Shown here piece after piece: positions 57,001-64,000 of a stretch of DNA of 64,000 nt. A program made the translations under genes and the position numbers. Origin of the DNA: Candidatus Omnitrophota bacterium (lineage in GTDB: Bacteria; Omnitrophota; Gorgyraeia; Tantalellales; Tantalellaceae). The first letter of the stretch is position 1. Each line of letters starts with the position of its first letter. Location of the stretch: assembly GCA_015231405.1 (NCBI GenBank), contig JADGBR010000014.1, forward strand, positions 3,555 through 67,554, read 5' to 3'. Below the pieces are notes generated by a model. It had not been told where the DNA came from. It saw only the letters and a program-made list of their open reading frames with translations, and searched no databases.

Positions 57001-58951
57001 TCATGACAGGCGCTTTCTCCACATCTCCGTTCCTCTCGACCAGCGTCCTTATCACATGAAAAAAATAATTGCTCTGGCCGTCGCCTATCTCGTCAAACTC
57101 GGCCTCGATCTCCGCCGATCTCTTAGCCATCCCCTCCTCTAGGCTGATCGGCTCCGGCTCAGCTCTAGCATAAAACGTTCCCTCCAGCCCGTCGCTGAAA
57201 TATGTAACGTCTTCCCGGGATATCCAGACGCCGGGTATTACCTTCCCTTTTTTATCCAGAGGCCCCTCAAAATATCTGTAAGGCGCATAATCGATATTCT
57301 TGAGCAGTCCGTTCTTGAGCGCCGGGGAATTGCAATAACAGAATTCCCCGGAGGCTACCCTTTTCTCGATCAAAGTTATGTTGTGCGCCTGCCTCGAGCC
57401 CTGTTCGGGGTCCACCAGGACCTTCGCTTTTGTCTCTTTTTTATCGGCCATATAGCTCGCCACATCGTGTTTTACCATGATGTAATCCTCAAGCGTACAA
57501 GTCTCGTCAAATTTTCCCATTTCATCTTTTGATATGTTCCCGCTAAAGAGGATGACCTTCCCCGAATATCCGCTGGACTTGTTCGTCCCCGGGGCTTTTT
57601 CCGTCGCCCCCAGAGCCACGTGAGTGCTGGCGATCTCAACCTTCTTCTTTTCCAAGATCTCCTCGAGAAGTTTGTCGCTTTTATCGACCGGTTCTTTCTT
57701 GAAATCACCGACTATCGGCCTTATCTGTATTACGTAGAGCTTGCCCCCGTGAAAGCCCCACTCTATGTCGAGCGGCACACCTATCTCATTCTCGAGGGCC
57801 TCCGCGACGGCGAAAACTTTGTTCGCCTGGCCTTCGTTTATAGGGCTTATCTTATCCCCTACTCTTATCTTTCCGATGACGGCTCTCATCTCTTCAGGGT
57901 TGTCCTCGGCGCTGATCTCTTTACCGTTCAGCCTTACGGAGTGAGGCATGGAGAGAAAAGAAGGCGCGTACCTTTTCAAACGGCCCGTGGATTTATTGTA
58001 AAGGAAATGGCATGTATTGGCATGGGAGCCCCTTACGGCCATGTCGGCGTCCCCGAAAACGCATTCTATCGAGTTGTACCCGTAATAATTCGTTTTAGTC
58101 GTCCCGGACGCCTCAAAATGCATGAAAGGCTGGACGATCATTGCTATGCCTTTCTTTTTATCGAGCTTGTTCGGTACCCCGGCTATCTTATTCTTCGACT
58201 GATTCTGCTTTATCCACATCATCTCTATTGCCTGGTCCAATATCTCCCTTACCCCCTCAACCACCGATCTTTCGTCCTTTTTTCTGGGCGAGATGAACAC
58301 CCCGGCAAGGTTCTGTTCATACCCGTCCTCGTCGGCCCCGCTGGATCTTACGATTATGTCCCCCCTTAAACTTTTCGTCTTCCTCCTGATAAGTTCAGCC
58401 AGCTCCTCCGATACCGTCATCTTCTTTTTTATATATTCCAGCATTAGCAACGACATGCCTTGAATTCCCGTTTCTGTATCTTCTTCCGAAATATCACCTG
58501 TCCCCTGCAAAAGCTCCGCCGACATGATCTCATCGACGTAACGATTTCCATCTTTGACCAGGTCTTCATTATCTTCAAGATACTTTTCCCAGATATCCTC
58601 CATGGTGAACCTCACCGAGCCCGGATGCCGGAAATGAAGTAATTTTTTAAGTTTAGAATATTTTTTCGATAAGAACTCCAACAGAATATCCCATGCGCCT
58701 TTACCGCCGTATTTCGGAGCATTTGTCTTTTCAAATTCGTCCCGTATCTTCTTGTGCCCCTTTTTCAGGTATTCCTCGGCGAATTGATCGGGTATACCCC
58801 GTTCAGCCGCGTTCCATATGGCAAGAGTATCTTTGTTCGTATCGGAAAATAATAAGTCCGAGTTGAGGCCTACCGTATCCTGAAATGAGAAATTCCAGAA
58901 CAAAATAGTAGTAATTATTGTTGAAATAACCTTGCTATTTTTCTTTTTCAT
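54071..58951 (-). CDS. 1626-aa putatively exported protein: PEP-synthase/PPDK nucleotide-binding domain, His domain, receiver-like domains
   Basis: Signal-like N-terminus; YGGKG, IIVRSSGADED..LAGVFIS, MIVQPF, PLDIEWG..LYVIQIRPI; GSRQAHNI (His ~aa523); RVLLVDDS..FDAVLCD receiver. Confidence 0.75.
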   Translation of the reverse strand: MKKKNSKVISTIITTILFWNFSFQDTVGLNSDLLFSDTNKDTLAIWNAAERGIPDQFAEEYLKKGHKKIRDEFEKTNAPKYGGKGAWDILLEFLSKKYSKLKKLLHFRHPGSVRFTMEDIWEKYLEDNEDLVKDGNRYVDEIMSAELLQGTGDISEEDTETGIQGMSLLMLEYIKKKMTVSEELAELIRRKTKSLRGDIIVRSSGADEDGYEQNLAGVFISPRKKDERSVVEGVREILDQAIEMMWIKQNQSKNKIAGVPNKLDKKKGIAMIVQPFMHFEASGTTKTNYYGYNSIECVFGDADMAVRGSHANTCHFLYNKSTGRLKRYAPSFLSMPHSVRLNGKEISAEDNPEEMRAVIGKIRVGDKISPINEGQANKVFAVAEALENEIGVPLDIEWGFHGGKLYVIQIRPIVGDFKKEPVDKSDKLLEEILEKKKVEIASTHVALGATEKAPGTNKSSGYSGKVILFSGNISKDEMGKFDETCTLEDYIMVKHDVASYMADKKETKAKVLVDPEQGSRQAHNITLIEKRVASGEFCYCNSPALKNGLLKNIDYAPYRYFEGPLDKKGKVIPGVWISREDVTYFSDGLEGTFYARAEPEPISLEEGMAKRSAEIEAEFDEIGDGQSNYFFHVIRTLVERNGDVEKAPVMKVAEQVFSIMGLAKMPFLYSYIDPEKRTKEEKEDVRVLVKRALTEIHKANPTGSSETEVNDERNEKYVIDTLKELGSVLSFPLLPSSWEVEWMKKLRRVTGFIEDYGKKEGKKMDTGIYFNEKAPDRLRVLLVDDSLIDRQLVKRLIEKNFQNIAVTAVSDYEEGLTLMSKGMDDPAERFDAVLCDALTGKGNLEDMAGVEAFERIPLKAICSGLDPMSLVLLAEKFGHTAAGETRVVTKLETEPVSSGAVRVKNLPACGEGRLINIPKSKDEGPVLLFACLAQWLGQKIDHFVSIGEIQYKADFSGHKEGLPSVYVIGEEASGAKDLGIYVRRRTSDAYNVYYVRSEAEAIAYWKTVPPDTIVTDVIFKNRDASKEIMDLATRYNPEVRIIIADKEAALRSPRTGEKDAQRRAIEDEYISDLKRLKEIRENGWHALSAEAQYALRFPDGVAWGESLTPKVFFELVSFLSPDDPTVHSEKYLKMMREVLHFSSDAGEMGSKEKLRRLLMRIVFKAITNNMRKEVAGFAAVALSDDNILWDDPGNIVQEKKTKMEQGRLSLTGSMEEIILEEYSSARRTMINESARWITERSGLPAPGYPATDKEFDDITGIMTSALEKKKMSGRGINSVDIQGIKDVAMARHYLVKNDTRKAIIFLKKAILGEMLTEGTMIVNPLEMEKFTDREIAQTYRMMFSPGRAVNAVFYIKEEIKKMEKDGIEGLKEVVSALGVSLLQSIEFHPDRSKNIRAMIEKPLHYDAVLEAVEGNEQYEDRLASGRETFKMNETARIARGMKIPGDGEPLKVIKIWGGYAGGSTQRLLLSRFAGLLMSGRYSVEIVDDIAKLAQEAATTAESAEKDNVVHIMPFDELRQFMKKRLENHNARVIYADLKDSEAYSDEDLVQYGAMVFAGIAYLNHDDKALRGLYELLTAEDENIPISVEELRSDPRKYQIILDKAVIHNYRERVRLNQMMLKVLSFA

Positions 58952-58982
58952 ATTTTACAGTTTTTGTTTTCACCAGATTGAC

Positions 58983-59012
58983 ATTATAGCACAAAAAAGT
59001 AAGAAATGCCAA
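58983..59012 (-). promoter_or_regulatory. Sigma70 promoter TTGGCA-N18-TATAAT
   Basis: About 31 nt upstream of ATG 58951; spacer resembles that of the 13208-13236 promoter. Confidence 0.7.
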
Positions 59013-59163
59013 GGAAATTTGCTCATTCTGGAATACACTATGTTAACTTGCTTTTTAATAGTTGACTGGATTGCTTTTTTGGGAATACCGAGCTTATACG
59101 CAGCAATGTCGGGTTTTTTGCTCCGCTATATTGAATGTGCAAAAAACACTTTTTCTTTTTTGA

Positions 59164-59664
59164 CTATTCGATCCCGAGGACTTTGCGTTTTATCTGCTCG
59201 ACATTGTCGCATATCTCGGTAAATCCCTGGATAAGGGCAAGATATTCAGAGATCTTGGAAGTGAGTTCATGCCAGAAAAGTTTATCGATATCCCGCATCG
59301 AGACGATCCCTTTCAGTTTCCCTCCTTCAACGACGGGCACATGGCGAAAATTGCCTTTTTCCATCATGCAGTAAGCGTCGTTTATGAAAGTGTTCTGGTC
59401 CAGCGTCTCGGGATCCGGGGTCATAACGCTTGACACGTGAGTAGTCTCAAGATCAAGCTTTTCGGGTATTACCTTGTTTATAATATCCCTTTCCGTAAAG
59501 ATCCCCAGGCATTTCATGCTCTGGTCGACCACGATGATCGCGCCTATATTATTCGCGCGCATTTTCATAACAACATCAAAAACAGTTTCATCCGGTCCTG
59601 AGGTCAAAACTTCGCTCGTCATTATATCGGCGAGCCTTAGTTCGGAAATATTAGATTTCCCCAT
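59164..59664 (-). CDS. CBS-domain pair protein
   Basis: DIMT..GIFTERDI..VMTPDP..FRHVPVV..GIVSMRD; helical C-terminal tail. Confidence 0.92.
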   Translation of the reverse strand: MGKSNISELRLADIMTSEVLTSGPDETVFDVVMKMRANNIGAIIVVDQSMKCLGIFTERDIINKVIPEKLDLETTHVSSVMTPDPETLDQNTFINDAYCMMEKGNFRHVPVVEGGKLKGIVSMRDIDKLFWHELTSKISEYLALIQGFTEICDNVEQIKRKVLGIE

Positions 59665-59685
59665 TGTTCTCCTTTTTATCTCATG

Positions 59686-59871
59686 CTACCGCTTCGGGGA
59701 GGGATCGAAAAGGTCCTCTTGTTTCAGATTCCTCAAATACTCCGAGTACTGAAAAGCGTCCTTTAGCTCTTTTTTCTGTCGATCGCTCCCCAAAGACATG
59801 AAACGAGAGGCTTTATCCGGATCGTCCATCATCGCTTTCCAGTAAGCGTAATTCTTGGGTTCTTTTTTCAT
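59686..59871 (-). CDS. Small hypothetical protein
   Basis: 61-aa ORF coupled (ATGA overlap) to the upstream gene, GAGG RBS. Confidence 0.55.
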   Translation of the reverse strand: MKKEPKNYAYWKAMMDDPDKASRFMSLGSDRQKKELKDAFQYSEYLRNLKQEDLFDPSPKR

Positions 59872-60293
59872 CTTACCTCTTTCGGGGTCGGGCCCTTTAT
59901 CTCGTTCACCATGAAAGCCTTCTGGCCTATTATCTCGCTATTCGCGAAAAGCTGGAACTCGTATCTTCCGGGATGTAGGAACTTAAGCCCCCTGAGATCG
60001 AATATAAGCTCATGTATATCCAGCGGGTCGCGTATTGCGACTTCATCCGGTATCTCGCCCCTCCCTATCACTGTGTCGTTCTCAAGATCAGAAAGGTTCA
60101 TGTGGAACCTGTACGGCCCCATGGCGTTCGTAAGTTTTATATAGACGGAGAGCGAAGAGTGTACGCACGGGAAAATCCCCGCGTTTATGCTCTCAAATAT
60201 CCCGATAAGGCTTTTCTTCCCGGTCCCGGCCTCTGTGATGACTTTGTCGCACGTGAGCATAGCGTTCATGACGGGTTTGTGGGAATGCTTCAT
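59868..60293 (-). CDS. Conserved hypothetical beta-sandwich protein (DUF6941-like)
   Basis: LTCDKVI.E.GTGKKSLIGIF..FP..F..PG.Y.F pattern; TATAAT 6 nt before the ATG. Confidence 0.7.
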   Translation of the reverse strand: MKHSHKPVMNAMLTCDKVITEAGTGKKSLIGIFESINAGIFPCVHSSLSVYIKLTNAMGPYRFHMNLSDLENDTVIGRGEIPDEVAIRDPLDIHELIFDLRGLKFLHPGRYEFQLFANSEIIGQKAFMVNEIKGPTPKEVR

Positions 60294-60347
60294 GGGGGTA
60301 TTATACTACTTATCACACGTGAGCAAAAGGAATATCACCCTTTGTTC

Positions 60348-60405
60348 CGTAGGACGTAGGACGTGGGACGTAGGACGTCCCACGTCCTACGTCCCACGTC
60401 CTACG
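60348..60405. repeat. Inverted heptamer array: (CGTRGGA)4-CG-(TCCYACG)4
   Basis: Four units followed by four reverse-complement units, forming a long hairpin that overlaps the plsC stop codon. Confidence 0.85.
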
Positions 60406-61013
60406 TTTAATGGCAGTACGTCTCTCAGCTCGGCAATACTCCTCATCACCTTCTCGCTTATACCTTCGTACGCATCTTTTCCGGTATTCGGCAAGCTAGA
60501 GCTCAAGGGTTTGCCTATGATAACACGGATGGGACGCAGTTTTACGGTCCTTACGCCGCGGGGCATCGCGTCGAAGGTCCCTTCAATATAGACGGGGACT
60601 ACGGGAACTTTCGCCTTTGCGGCGAACATGCCTATTCCGGGCCGGGCCCTTTTCAGTTCCCGGGTCTTGGAACGCGTTCCTTCGGGGAAGAGCCCAAGGG
60701 CGCCGCCTTTATGAAGAAGTTTTAAGGCCGCTTTTACGGCCCCCTTGTCCCTGCCGCCTCTTTTTAATGATATGGTCTCGATGTGACGAACGACCCATCC
60801 GAGCAATGTGGCGCTAAAAAGGGTTTCCCTCGCGATAAAATGGAGCCTTCTCGGGGATACCGCTATCAAAACCAGGGGATCCAGATAGCTAGCGTGATTG
60901 GCAGCCAGTATAAAAGCCCCTTCACTCGGGATATTCTCCACACCCGAAACACGTAGCCCCAGGCCCAGCCTGAAAAGGACGAACGATATCCGTCTAATTA
61001 AAAGGTATATCAT
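60387..61013 (-). CDS. plsC: 1-acyl-sn-glycerol-3-phosphate acyltransferase
   Basis: NHASYLDP, FPEGTRS, VPVVPVYI motifs. Confidence 0.92.
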   Translation of the reverse strand: MIYLLIRRISFVLFRLGLGLRVSGVENIPSEGAFILAANHASYLDPLVLIAVSPRRLHFIARETLFSATLLGWVVRHIETISLKRGGRDKGAVKAALKLLHKGGALGLFPEGTRSKTRELKRARPGIGMFAAKAKVPVVPVYIEGTFDAMPRGVRTVKLRPIRVIIGKPLSSSLPNTGKDAYEGISEKVMRSIAELRDVLPLNVGRGT

Positions 61014-61016
61014 CTA

Positions 61017-62846
61017 TCACTTTTTCGCGCCGAACCCGCCCAAAAGGTCTTTTATGGCCTTTTCAGTGTTCGCAACCGTATCCGCCTGACCGGTATAGGC
61101 TCCCGTCGTCTGAGCGGTTCCGCCGGACGTATACTGCCCCGAACCCTTTGAAAGCGAACTTAGAAGGCCGGTAACCAGCTCTTTCCCTTTTTCCAGAGTG
61201 AATTTTTTAGCTATGAAATCCAGGTCGGGAAGAAGCGTAAATATCCCGTTCTTCATCGTATATTTCACGGGGAACTCTATCATCCCTCTGCTGTTCTTCA
61301 AAATAGCGAGCTGGGACTGAGGCTGAAGGATGGCTTCCGTGAGCGCGGGCATGAACCCCAGAATGCCCTTTCCTTCGGCTGAACCGTCGAGCGACACTCT
61401 TATGTCCGTATCGATCGACAAAAAGTCGGTCGTGATCTTCAGCCCTTTCATCTCTACGATGCCGTTATTGATAATAAAATCTTTCTGGATCGGCTTCAAG
61501 AGCGTGTAATTCTCGTTCAGTTTTGCCTTGATAGCCTCCGGAAGGTTCGCCTGTATCGCCGCACCGATGCCGGGTATAGCCTCGAGCTTCTCTATAGCCT
61601 GTTTAAGGATGTTAACATCCAGGAGCACCCCGTTATCCAGCGAGAATTTTCCCTGTCCGGTAAGCGATTTCGATATGGCCGGCCAGTCGAGGCCTTTGGC
61701 TGTACCTTTGAACGAGAGCTCTGTCTTTCCGTCCAGTTTCGTCTTCGTACCGAAACTTTTTTCAAGAAAAGAGCTTATCTCGGGTATCCCGAACGCTACG
61801 TCCATGTCCAGGTCCTTCGCCGCATAGATCCCCTTGACCCCTCCGGAACCCTTTATTTTGGCACCGCCCAGCTCAAGCGAGAACTTATCCGCTTTCACGC
61901 TGTCGTCCAGCGCCGAGGCGGAAAGCTCGATATTCTCGACCGGCGATCTAAGGGACTTAAGAGGGACCCGCCCGCCCGTGAGCTTTAGGCCGGCGTCGAG
62001 CTTCCCTACCTTCCCGTTATCGAGAGAAAGATCCTTTATGTTCAGGTCCAGCTTTCCCTTAAGACCTTCGCCGAGACCTATGGACGCGATCCCAGGAGCC
62101 GCCGCTATCAGCCTTTTAATGTCTATCTTGTCAAGGTCAAGCCCGGCGGTGAAACCTGTAAGTTCAGGTTTATTGTCAAATACGCCGTCAACACTGCCTT
62201 TAAGACTTATATTCTTCTCCTCGCCAAATACCGCCATCGAAGAGTCTATTTTCATCGGGCCGTCCTTGGACACGTCAGTGATATTTATGTCGAGCTTTTT
62301 CACGCTCAGCGACATCGGGGGTTTAGCGGAACTATCAGTAAAATTTATCTCGGCGTCGCTCAGAGAAAAACTTTTAACGTTGAGGTCCACCGGCGGGACT
62401 TCAGCCGCTGGCTTCCCAGTTTCGCCGGATGTTTTCCCCGCCTCTTTGGCCGAAGCCGGAGGGTTATACCCTTTTATGGCTATTTTCTGGTCAGGCGTCC
62501 GGACGATATTCAGCCTGGAGCCGTCCAGGGAAAAAGAATTGATCTTTATCTTTTTCCCGAGAAGCGGCAGGAGTTCGACCGACAAAGAGCCTTTCCTAAG
62601 AGACAGGTCCGCCACACCCCCAGCGGTCGCTTTCTCGGCCAGCTCGAAACCGTCTATTGTCAGGGCCAGGTTCCCTTTCCATCCGAGAGAAATTTTTTCT
62701 ATTTTCGCCTTGCTTCCCGTCATCTCCTCTATCTTCGATATAATGAGCGGCTTATACTTATTGATATCAAAAGTCACGATAAAAACGCCAAGTGCCGCCG
62801 CCAGCACCACGATCACCACCAGAACCGCTATTAGAATATTTCTCAT
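61017..62846 (-). CDS. AsmA family protein
   Basis: N-terminal TM anchor then FDINKYKP.I..IE..TG, SVELLPLL; SLTGQGKFSLDNGVL; start MRNILI with GGAGG RBS. Confidence 0.85.
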   Translation of the reverse strand: MRNILIAVLVVIVVLAAALGVFIVTFDINKYKPLIISKIEEMTGSKAKIEKISLGWKGNLALTIDGFELAEKATAGGVADLSLRKGSLSVELLPLLGKKIKINSFSLDGSRLNIVRTPDQKIAIKGYNPPASAKEAGKTSGETGKPAAEVPPVDLNVKSFSLSDAEINFTDSSAKPPMSLSVKKLDINITDVSKDGPMKIDSSMAVFGEEKNISLKGSVDGVFDNKPELTGFTAGLDLDKIDIKRLIAAAPGIASIGLGEGLKGKLDLNIKDLSLDNGKVGKLDAGLKLTGGRVPLKSLRSPVENIELSASALDDSVKADKFSLELGGAKIKGSGGVKGIYAAKDLDMDVAFGIPEISSFLEKSFGTKTKLDGKTELSFKGTAKGLDWPAISKSLTGQGKFSLDNGVLLDVNILKQAIEKLEAIPGIGAAIQANLPEAIKAKLNENYTLLKPIQKDFIINNGIVEMKGLKITTDFLSIDTDIRVSLDGSAEGKGILGFMPALTEAILQPQSQLAILKNSRGMIEFPVKYTMKNGIFTLLPDLDFIAKKFTLEKGKELVTGLLSSLSKGSGQYTSGGTAQTTGAYTGQADTVANTEKAIKDLLGGFGAKK

Positions 62847-62971
62847 GCCTTCCTCCTTCTCTTTTTCTAATATTCTCACTCTGAAAGAAACGCTAGTCAA
62901 TGAAAATCAGAAGGATATAGATCATTATACGGAAAACGGGTTTTTTGCGCTCCAAGGTGTCACCTAAATCA

Positions 62972-64000
62972 TTAAGCGAATTGCATGAGAAGAGCGGTGT
63001 TATAGGCGAATTCGGTGAGTTTTTTTATGGATAGTTTGATAGCGGGAGGAAGCGTAAGCTGCGAAAACAGGTTTATCCTCAGGGTGAGATCCGGATCGGC
63101 CATGTACGCTACAGTCTCCTTCGTTATGATGAGGGCAGGGAGATGTCTTTCATACATTTCCTTCATGAGGGGGAAGATCTCCTCGACGGCTTTCTGAAAG
63201 CCTTCCAGCCTCGCGGGATCGTTCAGTCCGGCCTCTAAAAGCGTGCTCTGGAGTAAGCCGATATTGATCGCCGACATCATCGGATAAAGCACACCGTCGC
63301 CCTGTTTGTATCCTGCTTTATCCAGTAGTACCAGCGCCGCGCCGTCGAACCTTGAGGGGTCTTGCCGTGCCCCTTTGATGTCAGTGACATAAATATCCGC
63401 CGTCATGCTCTCTCTGTCAGGGTCTGGCCCTCTGCCGAAGCTGCTTAATATCCGGGCGGGATCGGTTTTGGAGCCGAGAGAGAGCTTTCCGACGACCGCG
63501 GCGAATAAAGCGTTAGCCTTTTCTTCCTTAGTGCCGTCGCCCGAATAAAGTATATACCTCACGTCCATCCCGTTTTTCACTTCGGCGATGAGCATGTTCG
63601 CGCACATCACAAGGTTGGGTTCTAGGCTGTCAGGCGGTATGGCATCGACATCTACGTAAATGTTATACGGCTTATCCTCCGTTACTCCGTTCACCCTGTT
63701 GAAAATATTGACATAGCCGGATACCCTGGCGACCTCACTTTCCGAGACAGACGCTTCCAGATCCGCAGCGTCACTCTCTTCTTCCTTTCCCTTATGCGGC
63801 AGGACGGACTTTCGCTTCGACGTGCTCGTGATCTCCGCCTCGATCGTCTCTTCCGTAAAAGCGGCTTTGTTTATGGCAATAACGGCTTGTTTTAAAATAC
63901 CGGCTATTTCGACCATCGCATCTTCTTTGAATCCCGCCCATTTCGATAAATGCCTCAGCAAATCCCCGTCTATTACCTCGCCGGTCGGGTTAGTAATTAC
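62972..64000 (-). CDS. C-terminal part of a large protein (runs off the window end)
   Basis: Frame is open to position 64000; ends LTLPPAIKLSIKKLTEFAYNTALLMQFA, similar to the tails of the 2087- and 1626-aa proteins. Confidence 0.8.
   Translation of the reverse strand, partial: VITNPTGEVIDGDLLRHLSKWAGFKEDAMVEIAGILKQAVIAINKAAFTEETIEAEITSTSKRKSVLPHKGKEEESDAADLEASVSESEVARVSGYVNIFNRVNGVTEDKPYNIYVDVDAIPPDSLEPNLVMCANMLIAEVKNGMDVRYILYSGDGTKEEKANALFAAVVGKLSLGSKTDPARILSSFGRGPDPDRESMTADIYVTDIKGARQDPSRFDGAALVLLDKAGYKQGDGVLYPMMSAINIGLLQSTLLEAGLNDPARLEGFQKAVEEIFPLMKEMYERHLPALIITKETVAYMADPDLTLRINLFSQLTLPPAIKLSIKKLTEFAYNTALLMQFA

Noticed and set aside
19688-60405. Short tandem arrays as CRISPR arrays
   Set aside because: Units are 7-8 nt with no unique spacers, and there are no cas genes in the window.

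Overview
A 64-kb stretch of a diderm (lpxD, hldD, asmA, ydbH) bacterial chromosome of roughly 50% GC, with most genes on the minus strand. Housekeeping genes (eno, purN, hldD, lpxD, HU, glgX, ABC-F, rlmL-like, srkA, plsC, tRNA-Thr(CGT), tRNA-Arg(CCG)) are interleaved with very large exported proteins, a style suggestive of Candidatus Omnitrophota/PVC (inference only). Highlights: (1) a 2087-aa protein with a signal-like N-terminus whose C-terminal half has the motifs and His-before-ATP-domain order of plant/algal alpha-glucan water dikinases, about 1.1 kb from glgX; (2) a second exported PEP-synthase-fold dikinase with receiver-like domains, and a shared C-terminal tail motif on three large proteins, possibly a sorting signal; (3) a Slam/T11SS-like TPR-barrel gene followed by a 2850-aa double-FecR repeat protein and a 4834-aa YD-repeat polymorphic toxin with a candidate immunity gene; (4) inside the toxin, a segment of about 1.7 kb with extreme A/C-ending codon bias, in-frame REP-like palindromes and an orphan 47-nt copy 7.5 kb away; (5) a downstream island with a RAYT-type Y1 transposase bounded by perfect 25-bp inverted repeats, two RelE/XRE toxin-antitoxin pairs, an ERCC4 pseudogene, and a 44-bp hairpin abutted exactly by two inverted dif-like sites. 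All calls are from reading the sequence and recalled motifs; no database searches were run.
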